Assembly (NCBI GenBank): GCA_009914755.4
Contig: CP086569.2
Span: forward strand, 11,424,001-11,488,000
Direction of reading: 5' to 3'
Length of the DNA: 64,000 nucleotides
From: the human T2T-CHM13v2.0 reference genome, Homo sapiens
Part shown: positions 12,698 to 25,718 of the stretch, in pieces
Layout: each line of letters begins with the position of its first letter
Position numbering within the stretch: the first letter of the stretch is position 1
Made by a program: the position numbers and the translations under genes
The notes under the pieces: generated by a model
What the model was told of the DNA's origin: nothing
The model's database searches: none
The model's input: only the letters and a program-made list of their open reading frames with translations

Positions 12698-12995
<298 letters not shown>

Positions 12996-14931
12996 TCAAG
13001 TCTATTTTTTATAGATGCATTCGAAAGCATGAAAAAAATCATGTCTCTATTTTACTTTAAATTTTTAAAAACACAACTAATGAATATGGTAATTCTCTTC
13101 CAATCTGCTATCTTTTCTCTCACTAAACTAATATGTGAGCTTTCAATTTACACAGTTAGAAAAAAATGCTCTAGTGTATATACTAGGATAAAATAACAGG
13201 GTCATAAGACAAGTGCACTCCATAATCTTTGTGACAACTTACACTTCCAGTGTCTGATGAACATTTACCCATAAACTCCCAGGTTTCCTCCATCCATCCA
13301 TCAATCAAATCTACCTATCTTTATTTATTTATTGTGCAAAATACCTGAACTTTGCCTTTCCTTCCCTGATTTCTGCCACAAACTAGGCAAGGAGTTCTGC
13401 CTAGGGGTTTTTCAGAGCTCCGGCTACCACCGAGGTTCCTAACAGGGAAATTGCCAGCTTGAATGTTTGGAGTTGATGTGGGAGTGCGTGTGAAATGGGT
13501 GTGGGGTGAAAGGGCAGTGAACTTTGTAGGTGGGTAGATGGGGGTGTGAAGGGCTTTCAGGTAAGAGGCACAGAGGAAACTGGGAGAGGCAGCGAAAGCA
13601 CTTCACACCTCAGATCACCAGAAGATGTTCCCACCAGTGCTGTGACAGTTTGCCAGTGCCATGGCAGCACAGGAAGTCCCCACCCCTTGCCATGGAAACA
13701 GCTGGAAGTTACTGCCCATTTCTAGCTATTTCTGAGTAACCCGCCCCTTAATTAGCATGTCATTAAAAGTGAATTATAAAAATGACTACAAGCCACCCCT
13801 AGGCTGCTACTCTGGGAGCACAACCCACGGAGGGCTCCCTGCCCTGCAGGAGCGGACGCAGGGCTGTAACACCGCCAATGCCTCCATAGAGCTGCTTTAT
13901 TCCACCACAGGCTTGCTTTTGGATTCCTTCCTGAGCGACGCCAAGAACCTGCCCTTCCTCAGTGTGACTCTTGCCTAAAACCTATCCCTGGTTTTCTCTT
14001 TTCCTAAGCATGCCCTGAGTTGTTCTTTCATCTCCTCTGAACTTTCAATTGCTCCTCAGTGACTCTATTCTGCAGATCCAGAAAACTCAACCTTAATCTT
14101 CCCAGAGCACTGTTGTCTCCAATATTGGAATCTCTAGCCTTGTTTTCTCAGACACCTAGATTACAGGCCTCTCTCTTGAACACCTATTGGTAAGGTATCT
14201 GGAGATCCTTTAAATACACGATGATTGGCAGGGGTTACATAGGGGAAATCAGTGCCTGACAATTCGCCTTCCAGGATATGGATTTTCATTCCCTCTCTTT
14301 GTGGGCCCCAGTCTCCTATACATAAAAGTAGAGATTGTAATACTCATTTGACTTGCAGATACCTCACCCCGAACCCACCTAATATAATGTAAAAGCCAAG
14401 AATGTAAACCCTTTCCTCACCCCGTGAAGGTAAAATCCTCAGAGCCCAGGAGAGAAGGCTCAGGGATGGTACCTGGGTGTTTCCAACACTAACCATGCAT
14501 TGTAGTTTTTAGTGTTCAAGTTTAAGCTTCTTATGTTAAAGTTACCCCAGCTTTAATTCTATTATAACAAGATTTATTTTTGTAATTCCATTTTTGGATT
14601 CTTGATTTCTTGGTAAAGAAATACAGTTATTTTTGTATACCAATCTTATATAGTGTTACATTCCTAAATTTGTTCATGAGTCCTAACACTTTTTAGTAAA
14701 TTTCTTATGATTTTCTAAATGCAAGATCATGTCATCTGTACATAAAGATAACTGTACTTCTTCCTTTCCAATCTAGATGCCGTTTATTTATTTACATTGC
14801 CAAGTTGTGCCAGCTACCACTGTTATGAAGTAAAAGGGTCTCGCTGCCCAAAGCACTAGAAGCCAGTAACATGACACTGAGTTTTTGAGAAGAGAAAAAC
14901 TTTAAAGCCAAACCAAAACCTATGGGATACA

Positions 14932-15244
14932 GGCCAGGCGCAGTGGCTCATGCCTGTAATCCCAGCACTTTGGGAGGCCGAGTCAGGTGGATCACGAGGT
15001 CAGGAGATCGAGACCATCCTGGCTAACATGGTGAAACCCCGTCTCTACTAAAAATACAAAAAACAAAAATTAGCTGGATATGGTGGTGGGCACCTGTAGT
15101 CCCAGCTACTCAGCTGAGGTGGGAGAATGGCATGAACCCAGAAGGCAGAGCTTGTAGTAAGCCAAGATTGCACCACTGCACTCCAGCCTGGGCAACAGAG
15201 AGAGACTCCATCTCCAAAAATAAAAACAAAAAAACAAAAAAAAC
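14932..15244 (+). mobile_element. Alu SINE inserted into the old L1, with ~16 bp TSD
   Basis: The TSD aaacctatgggatacag lies at ~14916-14932 and again at ~15245-15261. The L1 ORF2 reading NLWDT resumes exactly after the second copy. Confidence 0.9.
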
Positions 15245-15668
15245 AAACCTATGGGATACAGTAAAAACAGTACTAAGGAGTAAGTTTATAGCAAAAAGCA
15301 CCTACATCAAAAAAAGTAGAAAAACTTCAAATAAACAACCTAATAATGCATCTTAAATAGTTAGAAAAGCAAGAGCAAACCAAAACCAAAATTAGTAGAA
15401 GGAAACATAACAAAGATCAGAGCAGAAATAAATGAAATTGAAACTTAAAAATATAAAATATCAATGAAATGAAAAGTTAATATTTTTTAAAAGATCAACA
15501 AAATCAACAAACATTTAGCCAGACTAAGAGAAAAGAGAGAAGACTCAAATACATAAAACCAGAGATTAAAAAGGAGACACTGCAAATGATACTGCAGAAA
15601 TTCAAGTAATCATTGGAAACTATTATGACCAACTATATTCCAATAAATTGAAAAACCTGCAAGTAATG

Positions 15669-16037
<369 letters not shown>

Positions 16038-17352
16038 CTAGCAAAGAAACGTCTGGATCCAATGGCTTCACTGATTAATTTTACCAAACATTGAAGGAAG
16101 AATTACTATCAATCCTACTCAAACTATTCCAAAAAACAGAGAAGTCTGTAATATTTCCAAAATCATTCTATGAAAAAGACCATTCATCATGTCTAAGTGG
16201 GATTCATCCCAAGGATGCCAACATGGTTCAACATATGCAAATCAATCAATGTGACACATCATATCAACAGAATGAAGGACAAAAACCATATGGTAATTTC
16301 AATTCATGCTGAAAAGCATTTAATAAAATCCAACATCCCTGTGATAAAAAGAAACCCCCCAAAAAACTAGATTTAGAAGGAACATACCACAACACAATAA
16401 AAACCATATGCAACAGACCCTCAGCCAGTATCATCCTGAACAGAGATAACCTGAAATCCTTTCTTCTAAGATCTGGAACAAGGCAAGAATGTCCACTTCC
16501 AACAATGTTACTCAAGATAGTACTGGAAGTCCTAGCTAGAGCAATCAAGAAAATTGAAAAACAGTTAAGGGCATCCAAATTGAAAGAAGTAAAATTATTA
16601 TTGTTTTCTTGTTTGCAGGTGATTTAATCTTATATTTGGAAAAACCTAAGAACTCCACCAAAAAACTATCCGAACTGATCAACAAATTCAGAGTCACACG
16701 ATACAAAATCAAAATACAAAAATCAGTAACATTTCTAAATGCCAAAACTGAAGAATCTAAAGAAGAAAATCAAGAACGTAATCCCATTTACAATAGCTAC
16801 AAATAAAATAAAATATCTAGGAATAAATGTAACAAAAGAAGTGAAAGATCTCTACGATGAAAACTATAGAACACCAATGCAAAAAAATTAAATAAGACAC
16901 CAAAAAAAATGGAAAGATAGTCCATGTTCATTGATTGGAAGAGTAAATATTGTTAAAATACACATACTTCACAAAGCAATCTACAGATCCAACGCAATCC
17001 CTATTGAAATACGAATAACATTCTTCACAGAAAAACAGAAAAAAAATCCTAAAATTTATATGAAATCATAAAAGACCCAGAATACCCAAAGCCATCCGTA
17101 GCAAAAAGAACAAAACTGGAAGAATCACATCACCTGACGTTAAATTATACTACAGAGCAATTGTAAGCTAAACAGCATGGTACTGGCATAAAACAGACAC
17201 ATAGACCAATGGAACAGAATAGAGAACCCAGAAATAAATCCTTACATTTACAACTAACTCATTTTCAATGAAGGTGCCAAGAATATACATGGGGGAGAGG
17301 ACAGTCTCTTCACCAAATTGTGCTGGGAAAACTAGATATTCATTGGCAGAAT

Positions 17353-17621
17353 TTTTTTTTTTTGAGATGGAGTCTAGCTCTGTTGCTCAGGCTGCAGTGC
17401 AGTGGTGCGATCTGGGCTCACTGCAAGCTCCACCTCCCGGGTTCACACCATTCTCCTCCTCAGCCTCCCAAGTAGCTGGGAGTACAAGTGCCCCCACCAC
17501 GCCCAGCTATTTTTTTTTTTTGTATTTTTATTAGAGACGGAGTTTCACCGTGTTAGCCAGGGTATTCTTGATATCCTGCCTTCATGATCTGCCCACCTCA
17601 GCCTCCCAAAGTCATTGGCAG
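17353..17621 (-). mobile_element. Alu SINE (5'-truncated) in the old L1, with 13 bp TSD
   Basis: The TSD tcattggcagaat lies at 17340-17352 and 17622-17634. The Alu ends at ...cctcccaaagt, so it lacks the first ~35 nt of the consensus. Confidence 0.9.
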
Positions 17622-18039
17622 AATAATTAAACTAGAACCCTCTCTTGTGCTATATACAAAAATCAAATCCAAATGGATTAAAGACTTAAATCAAGGACAA
17701 GAAACTACTGAAAGAAAACATTAGGGAAACTCTCCAGGAAATTGGTCTGGGCACAGATTTCTTGAGTAATACTCCAAAAGCTCAGGCAACCAAAGCAAAA
17801 ATGAACAAATGGTATCACATGAAGTTCAAAAGTTTCTGCATAGTAAAGAAAACAATGGACAAAGTGAAAAGGCAATCCACAGAATGGAAGAAAATATTTG
17901 CAAACTATATATCTGACAAGGGATTAATAACCAGAATATATAAGGAGTTCAAACAACTCTATAAGAAAAAAACTAATAATCCAATTATTTAAATGGGCAA
18001 AAAATCTGAACAGACATTTCTCAAAAGAAGGCACGCAGA

Positions 18040-18327
18040 TCAGGCCCAGTGGCTCACACCTGTAATTCCAGCATTTTGGGGAGCCAAGACAGTTGGACCA
18101 CTTGAGCCCAGGAGTTCAAGACCAACCTGAAAAACATAGCAAATAATTTTAAAACCTACCTGGGCATGGTGATGCATGCCTGTGGTACCAGCTACTCAGG
18201 AGGCTGAGGTGGGAGGATTGCTTGAACCCTGGTAGTCATAACTACAGTAAGCCATCATTATACCACTGCACTCCAGCCTGGGTGACAGAGTGAGACACTG
18301 TCTCAAAAAATGAACAAAAACAAAAAA
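18040..18327 (+). mobile_element. Alu SINE (old, divergent) in the old L1
   Basis: caggcccagtggctcacacctgtaattccagcattttggggagccaagacag ... cactccagcctgggtgacagagtgagacactgtctcaaaaaa. Confidence 0.85.
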
Positions 18328-18974
18328 GAAGATATATAAATGTCAAATAGGTATTTGAAAAGATGCTCAATATCACTGATCATCAGAGAAATTCAAATCA
18401 AAACTACAATAAGATATCATCTTACCCCCATTAAAATGGCTTTTATGCAAAAGACAGGCAATAACAAATGCTTGCAAGAATGTAGGGAAAAGAGAACCCT
18501 CTTACTCTGTTGGTGGGAATGTAAATTATTACATTCACTATGGAGAAAAATATGGAGGTCCCTCAAAAAATTAAAAATAGAACTATCATATGACACAGCA
18601 ACCTCACTGCTGGGTATATACCCAAGGGAGGGAAAATTAGTATATCAAAGAGATATCTGCATTCCCATATTTATTTCAGCACTATTCATAATAGCCAAGA
18701 TTTGGAAGCAACCTAAGTGTGCATCAACAGATAAAGGGATAAAGAAAATGTAGTACATGTACACAATGGAGTACTCTTTGGCCATGAAAAAGAATAAGAT
18801 TCTGTCACTTGCAACAACGTGGATGGAACTAGGGAACATTATGTTAAGTACAATGAGCCAGACACAGAAAGACTTTGCATGTTCTCACACATTTGTGGGA
18901 GCTAAAAATTAAAACAATTGAACTCATCAAGATGGAGAGTAGACTGAGAGTTTCCAGAGGCTGGGAAGAGTAGA

Positions 18975-19512
18975 GGTGTTATGGGATCTTTGGAGTGTCA
19001 CTTTTCTGGACAGAAACCTCTATGGCTGGTGGCACCTTTACCTGAGTTTTGCTTGGGCCCCGCCCACTCAGCCTGGCAGGCTGTGCTCAGCTCATGCTAC
19101 CAGGTTGGATCCCATGTTTGCCAAGGGAGACTGCGTGGAGTGGCAAGGGGTGTGTGAGCAAGCATGGGGTCTGGCCACTGTGCCGTCAGACTTCCTGGCT
19201 GCTGCAGTGGGGCAGGTAGCTCCAGGTGCCAACATGGGTGCCAGCTCTCCACAAGTCTGTGGCTGGACCACGGGCACCGCAAGCAGCTTCCGCAGCTGGC
19301 ACACTGGGAACACAGTGGCACCCGGAAGCTTGGAGATACCAGGAACCACGGGGCCCCAAAGAGGGAATCACAGCCCTGGCTCGGGGAGCTCCCAGGTCTG
19401 GGCTTCCCAAAGGGTCACAGCTCTTGTTTCCTTCTCTTTGCCCACAATGTGGCAAGTAAGGGGCATGACTCAGCCCTGTTTGTGTTACAGCTCTTTCAGC
19501 CTCTTCCCTAGG
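18975..19512. repeat. LTR-like interspersed repeat, copy 2 (inverted relative to 2288-2818)
   Basis: See the feature at 2288-2818. The reverse complement of this block aligns end to end with copy 1. One end directly abuts the old L1 3' UTR. Confidence 0.45.
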
Positions 19513-19601
19513 ATTTGTCATAATTAATTCTCATATTGTCTTATTTTTTTACATTTGTTTCAACTTCAGAAGATGCATGGATCTAAACACAACATAATGT
19601 G

Positions 19602-19880
19602 TTAGCTAGCTGCCATATGAATTTCTCCGTGTTTCACCACTATGCAGCCTAAAGTTATTCCGTCATCCATGACTATCCTGGCTAAAGAGTCTAAAGATCT
19701 TTGTTTGGTAGCTATGGCTTCAGCTAGTTCATTCGCTAATTTACCTAGAGTGGTTGACAGATTTCTAATTATACGTTCATGAGAGGTTACTCCCCACCAT
19801 TGCAAGTGACTTCTGCCAAACATTGGCCAAAATTCACCTCCTTGGTTTGCAGGTATGGTTTGTCTAATCCTGGAAAGTAA
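19602..19880 (-). pseudogene. Retroviral env transmembrane-subunit-like ORF remnant adjoining the LTR-like repeat
   Basis: The minus-strand translation is ...QGGEFWPMFGRSHLQWWGVTSHERIIRNLSTTLGKLANELAEAIATKQRSLDSLARIVMDDGITLGCIVVKHGEIHMAAS*. The KQRSLDSLA...GITLGC stretch resembles the env-TM immunosuppressive domain (LQNRRGLDLL..GGLC). The ORF ends ~90 nt before the LTR-like repeat, as expected for a provirus 3' end. The resemblance is weak. Confidence 0.3.
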
Positions 19881-21078
19881 TTTCGATGAACTACTTCAGT
19901 GTTCAGAAACATTGGAGTTATAAATAGAAAGAGGAAGAGTCACATAACCTAATAGACAATTACTTCTCATATGCCAGTGGTCAACACATTCATAAGCCCA
20001 TGGGTGGTTGATCCAGGGACCACACAGGGTCCCTGACAGACTCTGAAAGTTAAGGCTTTAGTTTACTGGTAACAGAGACAAGTTAAAGTACATGTCTTCA
20101 GTCTTGAGGAGAGTGTAATCAGTCTCATTTTTTTTTTTTAATGAGACAAACATCAGGTAAAGACCTTGACAAGAAGGAAGAGAAATCCCGAGATTCTATA
20201 ATCATAATAATCGAATTGTAATTGCTAGTTTAAGTAGTCCTTCAAAAATACATCTCATTCCTGACAGGATAAAACAAGTTTTTAAAAATATATTATATTC
20301 AGATTCACTAGGGAACACTTGGAGCCAGGAAATAATTCAGAATTCAGCCCAAATTATAGGCAAATAATAAAAACTCTAAAACAATGATCAGGGTTGGAAT
20401 CTAATAGCATATGTCATAGTTTTCTTTTGGAACATAAATTTTCTCTCTAATCCATCATTTTATCAAAGACAAATCATAGTAGGACCAATTTTGTATACAA
20501 AATAAGTTTTAGTCTTATCATACCGGGTCTGATTATTTCCATAAAGAGCAGCAAGAATATTTATTGGCCATATAGGCTCCTTAAAATTGGCTTTGTTGGA
20601 AATTTTTAATAAGGAATCTTAGACTTTTAGGAGCCTTGAAGCTAGCCAAGTCAAAGATTTGCATCAGGCTGTGTCTGTAATACTTTTTTAACCTACTTTT
20701 TAAAATTATACTTTAAGTTCTGGGGTACATGTGCAGAACGTGCAGATTTGTTACATAGGTATATATATTCTGGGGTGGTTTGCTGCACCCATCAACCCAT
20801 CACCTATATTAGGCATTTCTCCTAATGCTATCCCTCTCCCTGCCCCCACCACCCAACATGCCCCAGTGTGTGATGTTCCCCTCCCTGTGTCCATGTGTTC
20901 TCATTGTTCAACTCCCACTTATGAGTGAGAACATGTGGTGTTTGATTTTCTGTTCTTGTGTTAGTTTGCTGAGAATGATGGTTTCCAGCTTCTTCCATGT
21001 CCCTGCAAAGGACATGAACTCATCGTTTTTTATGGCTACATAGTATTCCATGGTGTATATGTGCCACATTTTCTTTAT

Positions 21079-24000
21079 TCAATCTATCATTGATGGGCAT
21101 TTGGGTTGGTTCCAAGTCTTTGTTATTGTGAACAGTCCTGCAATAAACATACATGTGCATGTGTCTTTATAGTAGAATGATTTATAATCCTTTGGGTATA
21201 TACCCAGTAATGGGATTGCTGGGCCAAACGGTATTTCTAGTTCTAGATCCTTGAGGAATAGCCACACTGTCTTCCACAATGGTTGAACTAATTTACACTC
21301 CCACCAACAGTGTAAAAGCCTTCCTATTTCTCCACACTCTCTCCAGTATTTGTTGTTTCCTGACTCTTTAATTTTCGCCATTCTAACTGGCATGAGATGG
21401 TATCTCACTGTGGTTTTGATTTGCATTTCTCTAATGACTAGTGATGATGAGCTTTTTTTATAAGTTTGTTGGTTGCATAATTGTCCTCTTTTGAGAAGTG
21501 TCTGTTCACATCCTTTGCCCACTTTTCATTGGGGTTGTTTTATCTTGCAAATTTGTTTAAGTTCTTTGTAGATTCTGGATATTAGCCCTTTGTCAGATGG
21601 ATAGATTGCAAAAATTTTCTCGCATTTTGTAGGTTGCCCGTTCACTCTGATAGTTTCTTTTGCTGTCCAGAAACTCTTTAGTTTAATTAGGTCCCATTTG
21701 TCAATTTTGGCTTTTGTTGCCTTTGTTTTTGGTGTTTTGGTCATGAAGTCTTTGCCCATGTCTATGTCCTGAATGGTATTGCCTAGGTTTTCCTCTATGG
21801 TTTTTATGGCTTTAGGTCTTATGTTTAAGTCTTTAACCCATCTTGAGTTAATTTTTGTATAAGGTGTAAGGAAAGGATCCAGTTTCAGCTTTCTGCCTAT
21901 GGCTAGCCAGTTTTCCCAACACCATTTATTAAATAGGGAATCCTTTCCCCAGTGCTCGTTTTTCTCAGGTTTGTCAAAGATCAGATGGTTGTAGATGTGT
22001 GGTGTTATTTCTGAGGCCTCTGTTCTGTTCCTTTGATCTATATATCTGTTTTCGTACCAGTACCATGCTGTTTTGGTTACCGTAGCTTGTAGTATAGTTT
22101 GAAGTCAGGTGGCATGATGCTTCCAGCTTTGTTCTTTTTGGTTAGGATTGTCTTGGCTATTCGGGCTCTTTTTTGATTCCATATGAAATTTAAAGTATAT
22201 TTTTCCAATTCGTGGAGAAAGTCAATGGCAGTTTAATGGGGATAGCAGTGAATCTATAAATTACTTTGGGCAGTTGGTCACTTTCACGATACTGATTCTT
22301 CTTATCTATGAGCATGGAATGATTTTCCATTTGTTTGTGTCCTCTCTTATTTCCTTGAGGAGTGGTTTGTAGTTCTCCTTGAAGACATCTTTCACATCCT
22401 TGTAAGTTGTATTCCTAGTTATTTCATTCTTTTTATAGCAATGGTGAATGGGAGTTCACTCACAGTTTGGCTCTCTGTTTGTCTGTTATTGGTGTATAGG
22501 AATGCTTGTGATTTTTGCACATTGATTTTGTATCCTGAAACTTTGCCGAAGTTGCTTATCAGCTTAAGGAGATTTTGGGCTGAGATGATGGGGTTTTCTA
22601 AATATACAATCATGTCATCTGCAAACAGAGACCATTTGACTTCCTCTTTTCCTAATTGAATACCCTTTATTTCTTTCTCTTGCCTGATTGCCCTGGCCAG
22701 AACTTCCAATACTATGTTGAATAGGAGTAGTGAGAGAGGGTATCCTTGTCTTGTGCTGATTTTCAAAGGGAATGCTTCCAGTTTTTGCACATTCAGTATG
22801 TTACTGGCTGTGGGTTTGTCATAAATAGCACTTACTATTTTGAGATACGTTCCATCAATACCAGTTTATTGAGAGTTTTTAGCATGAAAGGTTGTTGAAT
22901 TTTGTCAAAGGCCCTTTCTGCATCTATTGAGATAATCATGAAGTTTTTGTCATTGGTTCCCTTTATGTGATGGATTACATTTATTGATTTGCATATGTTG
23001 AACCACTCTTGCATCCCAGGGGTGAAGCCGACTTGATCATGGTGGACAAGCTTTTTGATGTGCTGCTGGATTCAGTTTTCCAGTATTTTATTGAGGATTT
23101 CTGCATCAATGTTCATCAGGGATATTGGTCCAAAATTTTCTCTTTTTGTTGTGTCCCTGCGAGGTTTTGGTGTCAAGGTGATGCTGACCTCATAAAATGA
23201 GTTAGGGAGGATTCTCTCTTTTTCTATTGTTTGGAATAGTTTCAGAAGGAATGGTACCAGCTCCTCTTTGTACCTCTCGTAGAATTCGGCTGTGAATCCA
23301 TCTGGTCTTGGAATTTTTTTGTTGGTAGGCTATAATTAATGCCTCAATTTCAGAACTTGTTATTGGTCTATTCAGGAATTTCACTTCTTCCTGGTTCAGT
23401 CTTGGTAGTATTCTCTGATGATAATTTGTATTTCTGTGGGATCAGTGGTGATATCCCCTTAATCATGTTTTATTGCATCTATTTGATTCTTCTCTCTTTT
23501 CTTCTTTATTAGTCTGGCTAGTGGTCTGATTTGTTGATCTTTTCAAAAAAACAGTTCCTGGATTCATTGATTTTTTGAAGGGTTTTTCGTGTCTCTATCT
23601 CCTTCAGTTCTGCTCTGATCTTATTTGTGTCTTGTCTTCTGCTAGCTTTTGAATTTGTTTGTTATTGCTTCTCTAGTTCTTTTAATTTTGATGTTAAGGT
23701 GTCAATTTTAGATCTTTCCTGCTTTCCCTTGTGGACATTTAGTGCTATAAATTTCCCTCTACACACTGCTTTAAATGTGTTCCAGAGATTCTGGGACGTT
23801 GTGTCTTTGTTCTCATTGGTTTCGAAGAACATTTTTATTTCTGCCTTCAATTCTTTATTTACCCAGTAGTCACTCAGGAGTAGGTTACCCAGTTTCCATG
23901 TAGTTGTGAGGTTTTGAGTGAGTTTCTTAATCCTGCATACTAATTTGAATGCATTGCGGTCTGAGAGACTGTTTGTTATGATTTCCATTCTTTTGCATTT

Positions 24001-24545
24001 GCAGAGGAATGTTTTACTTCCAATTATGTGGTCAATTTTAGAATAAGTGCAATGTGGTGCTGAGAAGAAGGTATATTCTGTTGATTTGGGGTGGAGAGTT
24101 CTGTAGATATCTTTTAGGTCCACTTGGTCCAGAACTGAGTTCAAGTCCTGGATATTCTTGTTAATTTTCTGTCTCATTGATCTAATATTGACAATGGAGT
24201 GTTAAAGTCTCCCACTATTATTGTGTGGGAGTCTAAGTCTCTTTGTAGGTCTCTAAGAACTTGCTTTATGAATCTGAGTGCTCCTGTATTGGGTGCATAT
24301 ATGTCTAGGATAGTTAGCTCTTCTTGTTGCATTGATCCCTTTACCATTATGTAATGCCCTTCTTTGTCTCTTTTGATCTCTGTTGGCTTAAGATTTGTTT
24401 TATCAGAAACTAGGATTGCAACCTCTGCTTTTTGTTGCTTTCCGCTTGCTTGGTAAATGTTCCTCCATCCCTTTATTTTGAGCCTATGTGTATGAGATGG
24501 GTCTCCTGAGTACAGCACATTGATGTGTCTTGACTCTTTATCCAA
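21079..24545 (-). pseudogene. L1 ORF2 (endonuclease-RT-Cys domain), split into >=5 fragments by stops and frameshifts
   Basis: [18 protein letters not shown] and [71 protein letters not shown]-terminus: [77 protein letters not shown]. Confidence 0.85.
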
Positions 24546-25015
24546 TTTGCCAGTCTGTGTCTTTCAATTGGGGGCATTTAGCTCATTTACATTTAAGGTT
24601 AATATTGTTATGTATGAATTTGATCCTGTCATTATGATACTAGCTGGTTATTTTGCTCATTAGTTGATGCAGTTTTTTCATAGTGTCAATGGTCTTTATA
24701 ATTTGGTATGTTTTTGCAGTGGCTGTTACCAGTTGTTCCTTTCCATGTTTAGTGCTTCCTTCAGGAGCTCTTGTAAGTCAGGCCTGGTGGTGAAAATATC
24801 TCTCAGCATTTGCTTGTAAAGGATTTTATTTCTACTTCAATTATGAAGCTTAGTTTGGCTGGATATGAAATTCTGGCTTGAAAATTCTTTTCTTTAGGAA
24901 TGTTGTATATTGACCCCCACTCTCTTCTGGCTTGTAGGCTTTCTGCCAAGAGATCCACTGTTAGTCTGATGGGCTTCCGTTTGTGGGTAACTCAACCTTT
25001 CTCTCTGGCTGTCCT

Positions 25016-25718
25016 TTATATTTTTTCCTTCATTTCAACCTTGGTGAATCTGATGATTTTGTGTCTTGGGGTTGCTCTTCTTGAGGAGTATCTTAGTGGT
25101 GTTCTCTGTATTTCCTGAATTTGAATGTTGGCCTGTCTTGCTAGGTTGGGGAAGTTCTCCTGGATAATATCCTTGAGAGTGTTTTCCAACTTGGTTCCAT
25201 TCTCTCTCTCACTTTCAGGTACACGAATCAAACATAGATTCAGTGTTTTAACATATTCCTCTATTTCTTGGAGGCTTTGTTCATTTCTTTCACTCTTTTT
25301 TCTCTAATCTTGTCTTCTTGCTTTATTTCATTGAGATGATCTTCAATCTCTGATATTCTTTCTCCTGCTTGATTGATTCAGCTATTGATACTTGTGTATG
25401 CTTCATGAAGTTCTTGTGCTGGGTTTTTCAGCTCCATCAGGTCATTTATATTCTTCTCTAAACTGGTTATTCTAGTTAACAATTCGTCCTACCTTTTTTT
25501 TTCAGGCTCTTAGCTTCCTTGCATTGGGTTAAAACACGCTCCTTTAGCTTGGAGGAGTTTGTTATTACCCTCCTTCTGAAGCCTACTTCTGTCAATCCAT
25601 CAAACTCATTGTCTGTCCAGTTTTGTTCCCTTGCTGGTGGGGAGTTGTGGTCTTCTGGAGGAGAAGAGGCATTCTGGCTTTTGGAGTTTTCAGCCTTTTT
25701 GCACTGGTTTCTCCCCAT
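25016..25718 (-). pseudogene. L1 ORF1 (two fragments)
   Basis: The N-terminus reads MGRNQCKKAENSKSQNASSPPEDHNSPPAREQNWTDNEFDGLTEVGFRR. The C-terminal part reads VPESERENGTKLENTLKDIIQENFPNLARQANIQIQEIQRTPLRYSSRRATPRHKIIRFTKVEMKEK. Confidence 0.85.

Noticed and set aside
19000-19527. 183-aa ORF 18976..19527(+) and its overlapping partners
   Set aside because: It lies inside the LTR-like repeat that recurs in inverted orientation at 2288-2818, with all frames partially open. It is repeat-derived and not a gene.
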